The notes below the pieces were generated by a model. It was not told the DNA's origin. It saw only the letters and a list, made by a program, of their open reading frames with translations, and ran no database searches. Below, piece by piece: positions 14,473 to 26,560 of a stretch of DNA of 64,000 nt. The DNA is from Eledone cirrhosa (Eukaryota). The position numbers and the translations under genes are program-made. The stretch spans positions 310,001-374,000 of the forward strand of contig OZ024741.1 of NCBI GenBank assembly GCA_964016885.1, written 5' to 3'. The stretch's first letter is position 1; the number at the start of each line of letters is the position of its first letter.

Positions 14473-14477
<5 letters not shown>
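13815..14477. repeat. ~295-bp-arm inverted repeat
   Basis: 13815-14107 vs 14183-14477 are nearly identical inverted arms that include (TA)n tracts. Confidence 0.9.
14121..14163 (-). ncRNA. Minimal type I HHR (intact)
   Basis: Minus strand: acggtg-CTGATGA-t agct aaca agct t-GAAA-ctag-TA-catcgt. 6-bp stem I, stem III palindrome ACTAGT, GUA cleavage triplet. Confidence 0.85.
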
Positions 14478-14529
<52 letters not shown>

Positions 14530-14538
<9 letters not shown>

Positions 14539-14898
14539 TGTATATATAGTGTATTTGGTAATACACTGTATGCTTAATTAAAATTATGAATGTTGGATTC
14601 TTATAGAATTCCAGTAATAATCAGGGACTGGACTGATTATTACTGGAATTTATAAGAATCCAACATTCATAATTTTCAATAAACAAAGGGAGTGCTAAGC
14701 TCTGAGGAATACCAACAGTATGAAACAGAGATCTGTCAGCTTATCTCTCTTTGTTTGTTGAAAAAAGAAATAAGTGACAGAGTCACTACTTTAAAAAAAT
14801 AGCATAAGGTCTTCAAAATGCTTTTAATTAAGCATACAGTGTATTACTAAATACACTATATATACATTCATATATATATCGCTATTTCAGAGCACCAA

Positions 14899-14905
<7 letters not shown>
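14530..14905. mobile_element. Second locus of the ~317-bp retrozyme-like family (fold-back)
   Basis: Homologous to 8941-9730; short inverted part at 14530-14625, sense part at 14633-14905. Confidence 0.75.
14697..14742 (+). ncRNA. Type I HHR (fully canonical)
   Basis: aagct-CTGAGGA-atac caaca gtat-GAAAC-aga ga tct-GTC-agctt. All stems pair; GUC cleavage site. Confidence 0.9.
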
Positions 14906-14934
<29 letters not shown>

Positions 14935-14983
14935 TGCGTGTAAGGTTATAATAGAGTTAACCAATATAACTGGTTATCGATTG

Positions 14984-15109
<126 letters not shown>

Positions 15110-15232
15110 GCATATGTTTGACGTTTGTACGTGTGTGAATGTGTATAAACATGAGTATTTTCTGTTTTTGTGAGTCGAGTAAACATACCTTAAATTTACA
15201 GTAGAATGTTAATGATATATGCATGCCTTTAT

Positions 15233-15328
<96 letters not shown>

Positions 15329-15356
15329 CCACGCACGCGCACGCACACACACACAC

Positions 15357-15388
<32 letters not shown>

Positions 15389-15475
15389 TTGAAGGGATCG
15401 ATAAATCGACCCCTCCTTCCCCTCAAATTGCAGGCCCTGAGCCTAAAATAGAAACCATTTATTTTGTTCTTTCAG

Positions 15476-16547
15476 ATCATGGTTGACACCACCATCTCTG
15501 CTACAATCACCACCATCCCCTACAACACTACCATTGCTTTTGTCAACAACACCGCAATCGCCAGCATTACCTCCAGGAACACAACCACTGTCATCAAATC
15601 GATATCGTTCGTATGATAACCACATGAAACGATGCTCAAGACGATCAAATGTCTCCTACGACTATAACTCTCACCAAAACACAAATAACAACAACAACCA
15701 CCACGATGACGACAACAGTAACCATAAATTCAACCGGATTAACATCGCTTCCTTTCACGACTGGAGTGAGAAATCCTTGGAGAAAGCTTCTGTTTCTAAA
15801 CTTTACAAGGAAATGGCCACTTTAACTTCACTGTGTTCGTTGAATAAATCAAATCAGAATGATTTTTCATCAGAAAACAATAACAGGCGACCTATCGTCT
15901 GCCATAAACTCTTTTTATCTGAAGGAACAGATTTGACAAAAGGAGAAAAAGACATAATAGCTGGTCTTTGCCGAAATCGAGGTTGTGTACTTCCCCACAT
16001 CGATGTATCAAAGAAAAATTCGAATCACTCGCATGAAGATTCTAAAAGAGTAACCATGAAGGGCAAAAAACTAGTCAGTTATTTTCCTTCAATTCACAAC
16101 CCATCAATGCTTTTACAACCGATGAAAACGAATAAGAAAGATGTGTGCATGTATCACTGGTGGGAACAAAATCCAAATTTAGCAGCCGATTGTTTACGTA
16201 AATATAATGCATCGTATGCCTTTCCTTTCGGGATTAATTATTTCAAAGACTACATGTCATGTTTGTTTTTAGATATGGGTTCACATAAACTTTATTCTGG
16301 TCAAAACAATTCACCAGCCTCATCATCATCATTTGTTCCGCCCGGATCCTCTAGAAATCTACAAGGTATCAAAGCTCCACCTAATACGCCAGATTTAGAA
16401 GTTACCAATGGCAACAATGAAAATGCAAAGAATAATAAAAATAATAAAAAAGAAGTCAAATTGGAAAATGGTAAGAGGAAAACTCATTTGGTTGTGTATC
16501 TCCCGAAGGCAGAGGAAGAAAACAATTGTGATAAAGATAGAGATTAG
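15476..16547 (+). CDS. Probable terminal coding exon of an uncharacterised host gene (P/S/T-rich start, N-rich tracts)
   Basis: More than 350 stop-free codons of non-repetitive sequence, immediately preceded by an acceptor (ttttgttctttcag at 15475). TAG at 16545-16547; AATAAA at about 16885. No recognisable domain. Confidence 0.65.
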
Positions 16548-16614
16548 GTACAAATTAATAATAATTTCTAACAAGTATAATTACCATACATTCTGAAGGA
16601 GGGGGCTAATTAGT

Positions 16615-16750
16615 TAAGCTGACTCCTTCATTGATACTTATGTTATCGTCCTAAGAAAGATGAAAGGCAATATTGACCTCGGTGGGATCTCATGTAAAGA
16701 AACAACAAATACCACAAAACATTTTGTTCAACGCTCTAATGGTACTTCCA
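16615..16750 (-). mobile_element. SINE-like repeat fragment
   Basis: Diverged reverse complement of the 17945-18050 family. Confidence 0.5.
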
Positions 16751-17221
16751 AATCTATTGCCCGTGTATACCAGGTGGAAATTCAAATTACCTTTTTAAAA
16801 TAATGTCTACTCGAGAAAAGAAAACACCCAAATAAGGAACTGGAAAAACGTAGGCGTGTTTTTTTTATGTTTCTACGAAGTAAAAATAAATTGGTAAAAC
16901 CCTTTAAATTGATGATTTTACGGTGTTATTCTTTAACTGATGCCTTAGAGGTATGGAAAATTTCTCAGAAAACCTTATTTTACTACTAGATTACAGTTCT
17001 TGGTAGTCATAATCCAGGTTTAGTGCCATCACTTGGTCTTTGGGTTCCTCTAGGCGAGGTACAATCGAGATAAGTCTCCGGTTTAAGGATACTTTTCGTT
17101 CTTCTTCCCGCTAGTCATGAAGGTCCTAGAGAAGGATCGATCGACTTTCGTCAAATCGGACCGAGGAAACAATGTTTTCGTCGGTCTTTCCGGTTGCTAT
17201 CTATCGGTTGCAACTCCAGGT

Positions 17222-17337
17222 AGAAGGAGCAATGTGAAATAAAGTGTCTTGCTCAAATAAAGTGTCTTGCATCGCCCGATCCGGGAATCGAACTCACAAC
17301 CTCAAGGTTGTGAATCCAATTCTCTAACCACTCAGCC
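17222..17337 (-). mobile_element. tRNA-derived SINE head
   Basis: Minus strand: ggctgagtggttagag (A box)…gagttcgattcc (B box)…ttgagcaagacactttatttcacattgctcc, as in 35741-35860. Confidence 0.8.
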
Positions 17338-17944
17338 TTCCTAAAAATAGGTCCTAAAAATAGTAATAAATGCCCCCCTTCCACCACTGAATAAGCCATT
17401 GAAAAGTTTAATTTCCTGCTGCCTCCATCGCTTCCAACTGACAGTGTCATGCTAATTGAGAACCTAAATACCACAAATTATTTGGTTGTTATAAAGACTG
17501 AGAGAAACCTGGTATAAAATATATTTCAAATTCACTTTTTATCATAATTTTGATATCTTTCTAAACACATCAAATTTTGCTTTTATTTAACAAAGCCCAT
17601 TGAACAGAACAGATGGTTGAGTTCCCGATGTATCCTCAACGTTGTCAGGTCACTTGCTGAAAATAGCAGGTAAATATCCCTCAAATTACTTAATATCATC
17701 TAAAAAAAAAATAACAAAAGGAAACGACATACCAGATAACACAGTTCTATGATCAAACAATATGGAGGGGATGATCACTGTTAGAACGACATTAATCAAA
17801 GGTGTACTCGATGAGAACTGACTTGGGGCTAAACAACAACAAAAACAATAAAAACACAGACACACATCTTCCTGACAGAATGACAACAATGTCGAAGACT
17901 ACTAACGTCACAAGAGTTGGAATGGAAGGCATTATTGCAGACTA

Positions 17945-18053
17945 CATCCCGCCGAGGTTTACTTTGCCTTTCATCCTTACGGGGTCGATAAAATAAAGTA
18001 CCAGTAATGCACTGGGTAATTGCTGGCCTTGTGCCAAAAGTAGAAACAATTAT
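17945..18053 (+). mobile_element. SINE-like 3' fragment
   Basis: ctttgcctttcatcc…ggggtcgataaaataaagtaccag…ggccttgtgccaaaagtagaaac; a similar 3' end lies at 15394-15459. Confidence 0.55.
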
Positions 18054-18189
18054 TGCAGACTACATGGGTGTGGTCTACCAGAATGGCTGACAGCAAAATC
18101 ACTCTCTATAAAATATTGGTACCGTATTTCAGTTGAAATGTTATTATTTAGAATTAAAATTTTAGGTCCGACATAACTGTATACATACA

Positions 18190-18418
18190 AGTATGTGAAT
18201 ATCGTATATCTAATGATATACGATATTTTTATTAAATAAATATTTGGAAAGCCTAGCTATGAATATTGAAATGTGCATAGACAGCTGTCCCGCGCTGCTT
18301 CTACTGGAATCCGCTAGACGGCGCTAGTCGTCAGCCTTTCAATATTCATATTTAGGCTTTCCAAATGTTTATTTATAAAACTTACCGTATATCAATAGAT
18401 ATATGAAATTCACATACC
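18190..18418. repeat. Imperfect fold-back (MITE-like)
   Basis: Inverted arms of about 80 bp (gtatgtgaat…tttggaaagcctagctatgaatattgaaa / tttcaatattcatatttaggctttccaaa…attcacatac) around a GC-rich spacer. Confidence 0.6.
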
Positions 18419-18542
18419 TGTTATTACCCCTGTTCCTCTATCATAGAATAATATTAAAGTTTACACTTCAACTTCATATCTTGAAGTTTCATAGTCGCTT
18501 ATCATACAGAAAAACGATTGTTTTGTTTGTAGTAAAATTTAC

Positions 18543-19710
18543 CTCCGTAGAACATATTGCCTTCCATAAAACATATTGCCCTCCAGAGAACATATTGTCT
18601 TCCATAAAACAGATTGCCTTCCATAGAACATATTGCCTTCCATAGAACATATTGCCCTCCATAAAACATATTGCCTTCCATAAAACATATTGCTCTCCAT
18701 AGAACATATTGCCTTCCATAGAACATATTGCCTTCCATAGAACATATTGCCCTCCATAGAACATATTGCCTTCCATAGAACATATTGCCCTCCATAAAAC
18801 ATATTGCCCACCATAGAACATATTGCCCTCAATAGAATATATTGCCCTCCATAGAACATATTGCCTTCCATAGAACATATTGCCCTCCATAGAACATATT
18901 GCCTTCCATAGAACATATTGCCCTCCATAGAACATATTGCCTTCCATAGAATATATTGCCCTCCATAGAACATATTGCCTTCAATAGAACATATTGCCCT
19001 CCATAAAACATATTGCCCTCCATAGAACATATTGCCCTCAATAGAACATATTGCCCTCCATAGAACATATTGCCCTCCATAGAACATATTGCCTTCCATA
19101 GAACATATTGCCCTCCATAGAACATATTGCCCTCAATAGAACATATTGCCTTCCATAGAACATATTGCCCTCCATAGAACATATTGCCTTCCATAGAACA
19201 TATTGCCCTCCATAGAACATATTGCCTTCCATAGAACATATTGCCCTCAATAGAACATATTGCCTTCCATAGAACATATTGCCCTCCATAGAACATATTG
19301 CTCTCTATAGAACATATTGCCCTCAATAGAACATATTGCCCTCCATAGAACATATTGCCTTCCATAGAACATATTGCCCTCCATAGAACATATTGCCCTC
19401 TATAGAACATATTGCCCTCCATAGAACATATTGCCTTCCATAGAACATATTGCCTTCCATAGAACATATTGCCCTCCATAGAACATATTGCCTTCCATAG
19501 AACATATTGCCCTCAATAGAACATATTGCCTTCCATAGAACATATTGCCCTCTATAGAACATATTGCCCTCCATAGAACATATTGCCCTCTATAGAACAT
19601 ATTGCCCTCCATAGAACATATTGCCATCCATAGAACATATTGCCCTCCATAGAACATATTGCCCTCTATAGAACATATTGCCCTCCATAGAACATATTGC
19701 CATCCATAGA
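18543..19710 (+). repeat. 19-bp minisatellite, about 61 copies
   Basis: Unit ccctccatagaacatattg. Confidence 0.97.
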
Positions 19711-19804
19711 ATGTCACTTTGTAATTACTCACCAAAGTATGGGAATTAAATTCTTTATCTAACACACCTATCTAGATATGTGGCAGAAGCTACATAGTTA
19801 TGAT

Positions 19805-20662
19805 GGCTGGACTGGAGTAGAGTGGAGTGGAGTGGAGTGGACTGGAGTGGGGTGGGGTGGAGTGGAGTGGAGTGGAGTGGACTGGAGTGGACTGGAGTGT
19901 GGTGGACTGGACTGGAGTGGAGTGGACTGGAGTGGGGTGGACTGGAGTGGAGTGGAGTGGACTGGAGTGGACTGGAGTGGGTGGACAGGAGTGGAGTGGA
20001 GTGGACTGGACTGGACTGGAGTGGAGTTAACCGGAGCGGAGTGGACTGGACTGGACTGGAGAGGAGTGGAGTGGGGTGGACTGGAGTGGAGTGGACTGGA
20101 CTGGAGTGCAGTGGAGCGGAGTTGACTAGAGTGGAGTGGACTGGACTGGACTGGACTGGAGTGGGGTGGACTGCAGTGGAGTGGAGTGGACTGGACTGGA
20201 CTGGAGTGCAGTGGAGTGGAGTTGACTGGAATGGAGTGGACTGGACTGGACTGGAGTGGAGTGGAGTGGTGGAGTGGAGTGGAGTGGACTGGAGTCGAGT
20301 GGAGTGGGTGGACAGGAGTGGAGTGGAGTGGACTGGACTGGACTGGAGTGGAGTTAACCGGAGCGGAGTGGACTGGACTGGACTGGAGAGGAGTGGAGTG
20401 GGGTGGACTAGAGTGGAGTGGACTGGACTGGAGTGCAGTGGAGCGGAGTTGACTAGAGTGGAGTGGACTGGACTGGACTGGACTGGAGTGGGGTGGAGTG
20501 GACTGGACTGGACTGGAGTGCAGTGGAGTGGAGTTGACTGGAATGGAGTGGACTGGACTGGACTGGAGTGGAGTGGAGTGGTGGAGTGGAGTGGAGTGGA
20601 CTGGAGTCGAGTGGAGTGGTGTAGAGTAGACTGGAGTGGGGTAGGGTGGACTGGAGTGGAGT
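19805..20662 (+). repeat. (GGAGT/GGACT)n pentamer satellite
   Basis: Direct pentamer array with a ~328-bp higher-order duplication. Confidence 0.95.
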
Positions 20663-20689
20663 TAGAAATATTTTAAATGGTTTGTTGGA

Positions 20690-20990
20690 TTCGTGAGTTT
20701 GGACCTCTGTCGTTTCCGATGAAATGTGCTCCAGCTGATTCAATCAACAGAATTGTCTGTTTGTGAAATTAACGTTTACGTCACTGAACATTTCACAAAC
20801 ACGTGTATCCTTAATGTAGTTCTAAAGGAGATTCAACATGCAGCTCATTTTATTTTTGACAGCTGAATGGACTGGAGCAATGTGAAATAAATTGTCTTAC
20901 TTAAGGACACACCACACCGCACGGACCGGAAATCGAACTCGCGATCTTGAGATTGAGATGAACATCCTAACCGTTAAGACACGCGCCTCC
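20690..20990 (-). mobile_element. tRNA-derived SINE (diverged)
   Basis: Minus strand starts ggaggcgcgtgtcttaacggttagg…gagttcgatttcc…taagacaatttatttcacattgctccagtccattcagctg. Confidence 0.7.
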
Positions 20991-21329
20991 CCTCAACTGG
21001 CAAAAAATATGTTTGCAAACTTAATTTATTAATGTATTTTATGTATCAATAAAGATTAACGTTATAACCAACATAATGTTGATGTAATTCTTATACATTT
21101 TTATTTCTAAATTTATATTTTAAAACCGAAATATCTCTAGCAGGTTCAGCTCAACTAACAAGATAAAGTGCGGGGTATGACGGATGAGGCGGTCAGGACT
21201 ATGTATGTAGAAACTATTGCATCCTGAACTCCCTGAACAAACCGGGGACATTGAAACGGACTGGAGACTTTTCTGCTTCAGCTGTTAAATGGTGCGGGCG
21301 AAAATGACTTGGTATGATAAGTATGCATA

Positions 21330-21438
<109 letters not shown>

Positions 21439-21548
21439 ATATATTAATGGATGTGTTTTATGCATACTCATACAAAGAAAGTCACGAATTAACTGAGCAG
21501 TCGATACATATAAGAGAATCAGTCTTGCGACGAAGGGAATTTATTGGA

Positions 21549-21639
21549 CATATTACAATTGTTTCTCGGGCGACCAGCTCGAGGCACGATCGATGTGGTG
21601 AGCAAACCTGACTCTCAAATCGCGCGGTCCTCGGATACG
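21549..21639 (-). ncRNA. HHR motif, U4C variant, enlarged stem II, within a fold-back (21553-21732)
   Basis: Minus strand: cgtat-CCGAGGA-ccgcgcga…tcgcccga-GAAAC-aatt-GTA-atatg. Confidence 0.65.
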
Positions 21640-22041
21640 TCTCGATTCTATTAGGAAAATCTGCTTCGTAAAGTCAGGTTTGATCACCACATCGATCGTG
21701 CCTCGAGCTGGTCGCCCGAGAAACAATTGTAATCTATATATATAAAACTGTTGTTGTCTCTGTCTGTGTGTGTGTGTCCTCACTTTTGGGGAGTCTATAC
21801 AAATCCACATTTCTACGCCGATTGACTTCAAACTTGCATTTATATATTCCTTGATATATCTAAAGATATTAAAGATATTAACTGCAGCTTTTATTTTTCA
21901 ATTTTCTGTTGTTAAAGGGGTGTTAGGCGCCGGTTATCGATCTCCGTCGAACCCTTATAATATTTTGTCTGCATTACGACATTCTGACGAACACATCATT
22001 GCTGACGTATTATCTTCGCTACATTCACACACACATATACT

Positions 22042-22089
<48 letters not shown>

Positions 22090-22216
22090 CACAAACATAT
22101 ATACACATATACATATACAAACACATATATATATACACATATACATATATATAAATATACACATAAAAATATATGTATATATATACACACACACACACAC
22201 ATATATATATTTATAA

Positions 22217-22944
22217 ATAGGATATACGCAGACTAGAGAGGAACGAAGCTTGCATGCTCCGCTGGATGTGTAACAGTAATATACGTGAACGGCAAAGCAT
22301 AAACGAACTAAGGAAAAAATTAGAGATAAGAGGGATCAGATGTTGTTTACTCGAGAGAAGGCTACGTTGGTATGGACACGTGATGCGCATGAAAGTCGAT
22401 AGCTGTATAACAAAGTGCAGGGCAATAAAGATAGACGGTAGCCACGGAATAGGCAGACCTAGAAAAACCTGGGACGAGCTGATAAACTCCGACCTCACAC
22501 ACTTACACCTCTCCAAGACAATGTCACTGGACCGAGACCTTTGGCGGTACTCAGTAACAGAGAAGACCCGCCTTGCCAGTAGGCATCTCTAACAAAATAC
22601 ACCCCGTCCCGCCGCCACCCCCACCCCATCCACACCACCCCGTTCTATGTAAAGTTATGTTGGTGCCGCGCCATCCAGGCCGAAACAAATGAGATCGTGT
22701 AGGTGTCACGACAAAAAAACACACTGTCCACGCTGTAATGTGGCCGTGTAGGCAACACGGTAAAAACCTCCCAGACCCACACTGTAAATGTGGTTGGTGT
22801 TAGGAAGGGCATCCAACTGTAGAAAACCTGCCAGACAGTCCTATGCGAGCAAGACAATCACTCTTGCCTCAAGTGGGACTACCCCCGTCCAAACCCATGC
22901 AAGCGTGGAACACGGACGTTAAACGTTGATGATGATGATGATGA

Positions 22945-22948
<4 letters not shown>
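22217..22948 (+). mobile_element. RTE-clade LINE 3' fragment
   Basis: RRLRWYGHVMR…GRPRKTW, 3' UTR and (GAT)n tail. Confidence 0.9.
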
Positions 22949-22997
<49 letters not shown>

Positions 22998-23107
22998 CAT
23001 ACATACATACACACACACACATATATATATATGCATACATACACACACACATGGTGAATGGCGCACAAACCCTTTGTGCGCCATTCATCTAACTGTAGAC
23101 CAACAAA

Positions 23108-26100
23108 TCTATATATATAAAACTGAGGTTGTCTGTCTACTAAAACCTTCGGCACACATCTCCTCTTAAACCGTACGTTCAAATTTCGGTGAAATTGCTA
23201 CACTTATAGATGAAGGTCCGGCGGAACCATCGGTCAAATACATTTTCAAATAAGTTCTTCTTGTTTTTGATTATGTCATCTATATATATAAAACTGAGGT
23301 TGTCTGTCTGTCTACTAAAACCTTCGGCACACATCTCCTCTTAAACCGTACGTTCAAATTTCGGTGAAATTGCTACACTTATAGATGAAGGTCCGGCGGA
23401 ACCATCGGTCAAATAAATTTTCAAATAAGTTCTTGTTTTTGAATATGTCATCTATATATATAAAGCTGTGGTTGTCTGTCTGTCTATCGATTTTTGGCAC
23501 ACATCTCTTCTTAGAATCTCTGACGGAATTGCACCGAAATTGCTATACTTGTACATTGAGCCCTAGCGAAGACATCTATCTATATATATAAAACTGTGGT
23601 TGTCTGTCTGTCTATCGATTTTTGGCACACATCTCCTCTTAGAATCTCTCACGGAATTGCACCGAAATTGCTATACTTGTACATTGAGCCCTAGCGAAGA
23701 CATCGGAAAAAAAAATTTCAAATTGACCCACCCTATGTGACGAAATCGAATATAATGTATCGATTTTTGAGCGTAAGTTATCAGTTATTTCCCTTTGTTC
23801 TGTTTACATTGAGCGTCTTACGTAAAAAATTACGCTGGCTTTAACAGTTGTCGAGCCAGCAAAATATTGACCTGCAAAATTCATCAGTTCGAACACTAAG
23901 CTTCCGTTTTGCTTCATTTCCATTTAAAAGCATTTTAAAACAATATTTTTACTTGAAAACAAGTCTATTTAAAGACTACGTAAAACAAGCAAATATTTCG
24001 TCGTTAGGCGTGCAGACAGACAGTCGTGCAGAGAGGTGATATACGCGTGCAGACAGACAGTCGTGCAGAGAGGTGATATAGGCGTGCAGACAGATAGTCG
24101 TGCAGAGAGGTGATATAGGCGTGCAGACAGACAGTCGTGCAGAGAGGTGATATAGGCGTGCAGACAGACATAACTGATAATTTGGTTACGCTAATATTTT
24201 TCTCTGCGTTGCAGTGTTTACATTTTCGATCTTTGTTAATAAATAACCAGTGCAGTTTCTATCCCCAGCATCCTCTTTTGTTATAACATTCGGGTTATCG
24301 TTATGTTTTCTTCACTTCATAAGGCATATTGTTGGTTGAGGGAATATTAATCAAAAACACCACATGCAAGTCTGCACAGTAGACACTACAGTTTTTAAGC
24401 CAAGAAAGAAACTTAACATTGTAACTTTAACACAGCTACTGAGCGACCCCGAGCAACGCCGGGCTTTACTGCTAGTCTATATATATAAAACTGAGGTTGT
24501 CTGTCTGTCTACTAAAACCTTTGGCACACATCTCCTCTTAAACCGTACGTTCAAATTTCGGTGAAATTGCTACACTTATAGATGAAGGTCCGGCGGAACC
24601 ATCGGTCAAATCTATATATATAAAACTGTGGTTGTCTGTCTGTCTATCGATTTTTGGCACACATCTCCTCTTAGAATCTCTCACGGAATTGCACCGAAAT
24701 TGCTATACTTGTACATTGAGCCCTAGCGAAGACATCGGGAAAAAAATATTTCAAATTGACCCACCCTATGTGACGAAATCGAATCTAATGTATCGATTTT
24801 TGAGCGTAAGTGACGAGTTATTTCCCTTTGTTCTGTTTACATTTTCTGCGTGCAAAAATTAAAAAAATTACGCTGGCTTTCTCAGCGTTTAAAATGACAT
24901 TAACACAATACACGAACAGTTGTCGAGCCAGCAAAATTTTGACCTGCAAAATTCATCAGTTCGAACACTAAGCTCCGTTTTGCTTCATTTCCATTTAAAA
25001 GCCTTTTAAAACAATATTTTTACTTGAAAACAAGTCTATTTAAAGACTACGTAAAACAAGCAAATATTTCGTAAAAAAAAAGCAAAAATTATATAAGCTT
25101 ATTTAAAATATATGTATCTGTAAATTTCGTTAGGCGTGCAGACAGACAGTCGTGCAGACAGACTTTAAGCCAAAAAAGAAACTTAACATTGTAACTTTAA
25201 CACAGCTACTGAGCGACCCCGAGCAACGCCGGGCTTTACTGCTAGTCTATATATATAAAACTGAGGTTGTCTGTCTGTCTACGAAAACCTTCGGCACACA
25301 TCTCCTCTTAAACCGTACGTTCAAATTTCGGTGAAATTGCTACACTTATAGATGAAGGTCCGGCGGAACCATCGGTCAAATCTATATATATAAAACTGTG
25401 GTTGTCTGTCTGTCTATCGATTTTTGGCACACATCTCCTCTTAGAATCTCTCACGGAATTGCACCGAAATTGCTATACTTGTACATTGAGCCCTAGCGAA
25501 GACATCGGAAAAAAAATATTTCAAATTGACCCACCCTATGTGACGAAATCGAATATAATGTATCGATTTTTGAGCGTAAGTGATCAGTTATTTCCCTTTA
25601 TTCTGTTTACATTGAGCGTCTTACGTAAAAAATTACGCTGGCTTTCTCAGCGTTTAAAATGACATTAAATTCATCAGTTCGAACACTAAGCTTCCGTTTT
25701 GCTTCATTTCCATTTAAAAGCATTTTAAAACAATATTTTTACTTGAAAACAAGTCTATTTAAAGACTACGTAAAACAAGCAAATATTTCGTCGTTAGGCG
25801 TGCAGACACAGTCGTGCAGACAGACAGTCGTGCAGAGAGGTGATATACGCGTGCAGACAGATAGTCGTGCAGAGAGGTGATATAGGCGTGCAGACAGATA
25901 GTCGTGCAGAGAGGTGATATAGGCGTGCAGACAGACATCTATATATATAAAACTGTGGTTGTCTGTCTGTCTATCGATTTTTGGCACACATCTCCTCTTA
26001 GAATCTCTCACGGAATTGCACCGAAATTGCTATACTTGTACATTGAGCCCTAGCGAAGACATCGGAAAAAAGAAAATTTCAAATTGACCCGCCCTATGTG

Positions 26101-26560
26101 ACGAAAATTTCTCTCACGGAATTGCACCGAAATTGCTATACTTGTACATTGAGCCCTAGCGAAGACATCGGAAAAAAGAAAATTTCAAATTGACCCGCCC
26201 TATGTGACGAAATCGAATATAATGTATCGATTTTTGAGCGTAAGTTATCAGTTATTTCCCTATGTTCTGTTTACATTGAGCGTCTTACGTAAAAAATTAC
26301 GCTGGCTTTCTCAGTCTTTGTTAATAAATAACCAGTGCAGTTTTTATCCCCAGCATCCTCTTTTGTTATAACATTCGGGTTATCGTTATGTTTTGTTAAC
26401 TTCATAAGGCATATTGTTGGTTGAGGGAATATTAATCAAAAACACCACATGCAAGTCTGCACAGTAGACACTACAGTTTTTAAGCCAAAAAAGAAACTTA
26501 ATATTGTAACTTTAACACAGCTACTGAGCGACCCCGAGCAACGCCGGGCTTTACTGCTAG
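23108..26560 (+). mobile_element. Tandem/nested array of non-autonomous Helitrons
   Basis: 5' ends TCTATATATATAAAACTG at 23108, 23279, 23451, 23579, 24476, 24611, 25246, 25381 and 25938. 3' ends cccgagcaacgccggg…CTAG at 24475, 25245 and 26560. A|T insertion site. Internal 37-bp minisatellite (24007-24170, 25797-25937). Confidence 0.85.

Noticed and set aside
18543-19710. CRISPR-like regular repeats (also 23108-26560)
   Set aside because: No unique spacers, no cas genes, eukaryotic context; these are a minisatellite and a Helitron array.
18489-20676. MEGNMFYG… and EWSGVDW… repeat ORFs
   Set aside because: Artefacts of the 19-bp and 5-bp tandem repeats, open in several frames.
21141-21316. 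Exon-like unique stretch with ag…gtatga boundaries
   Set aside because: Stops in all three plus-strand frames and no other support.
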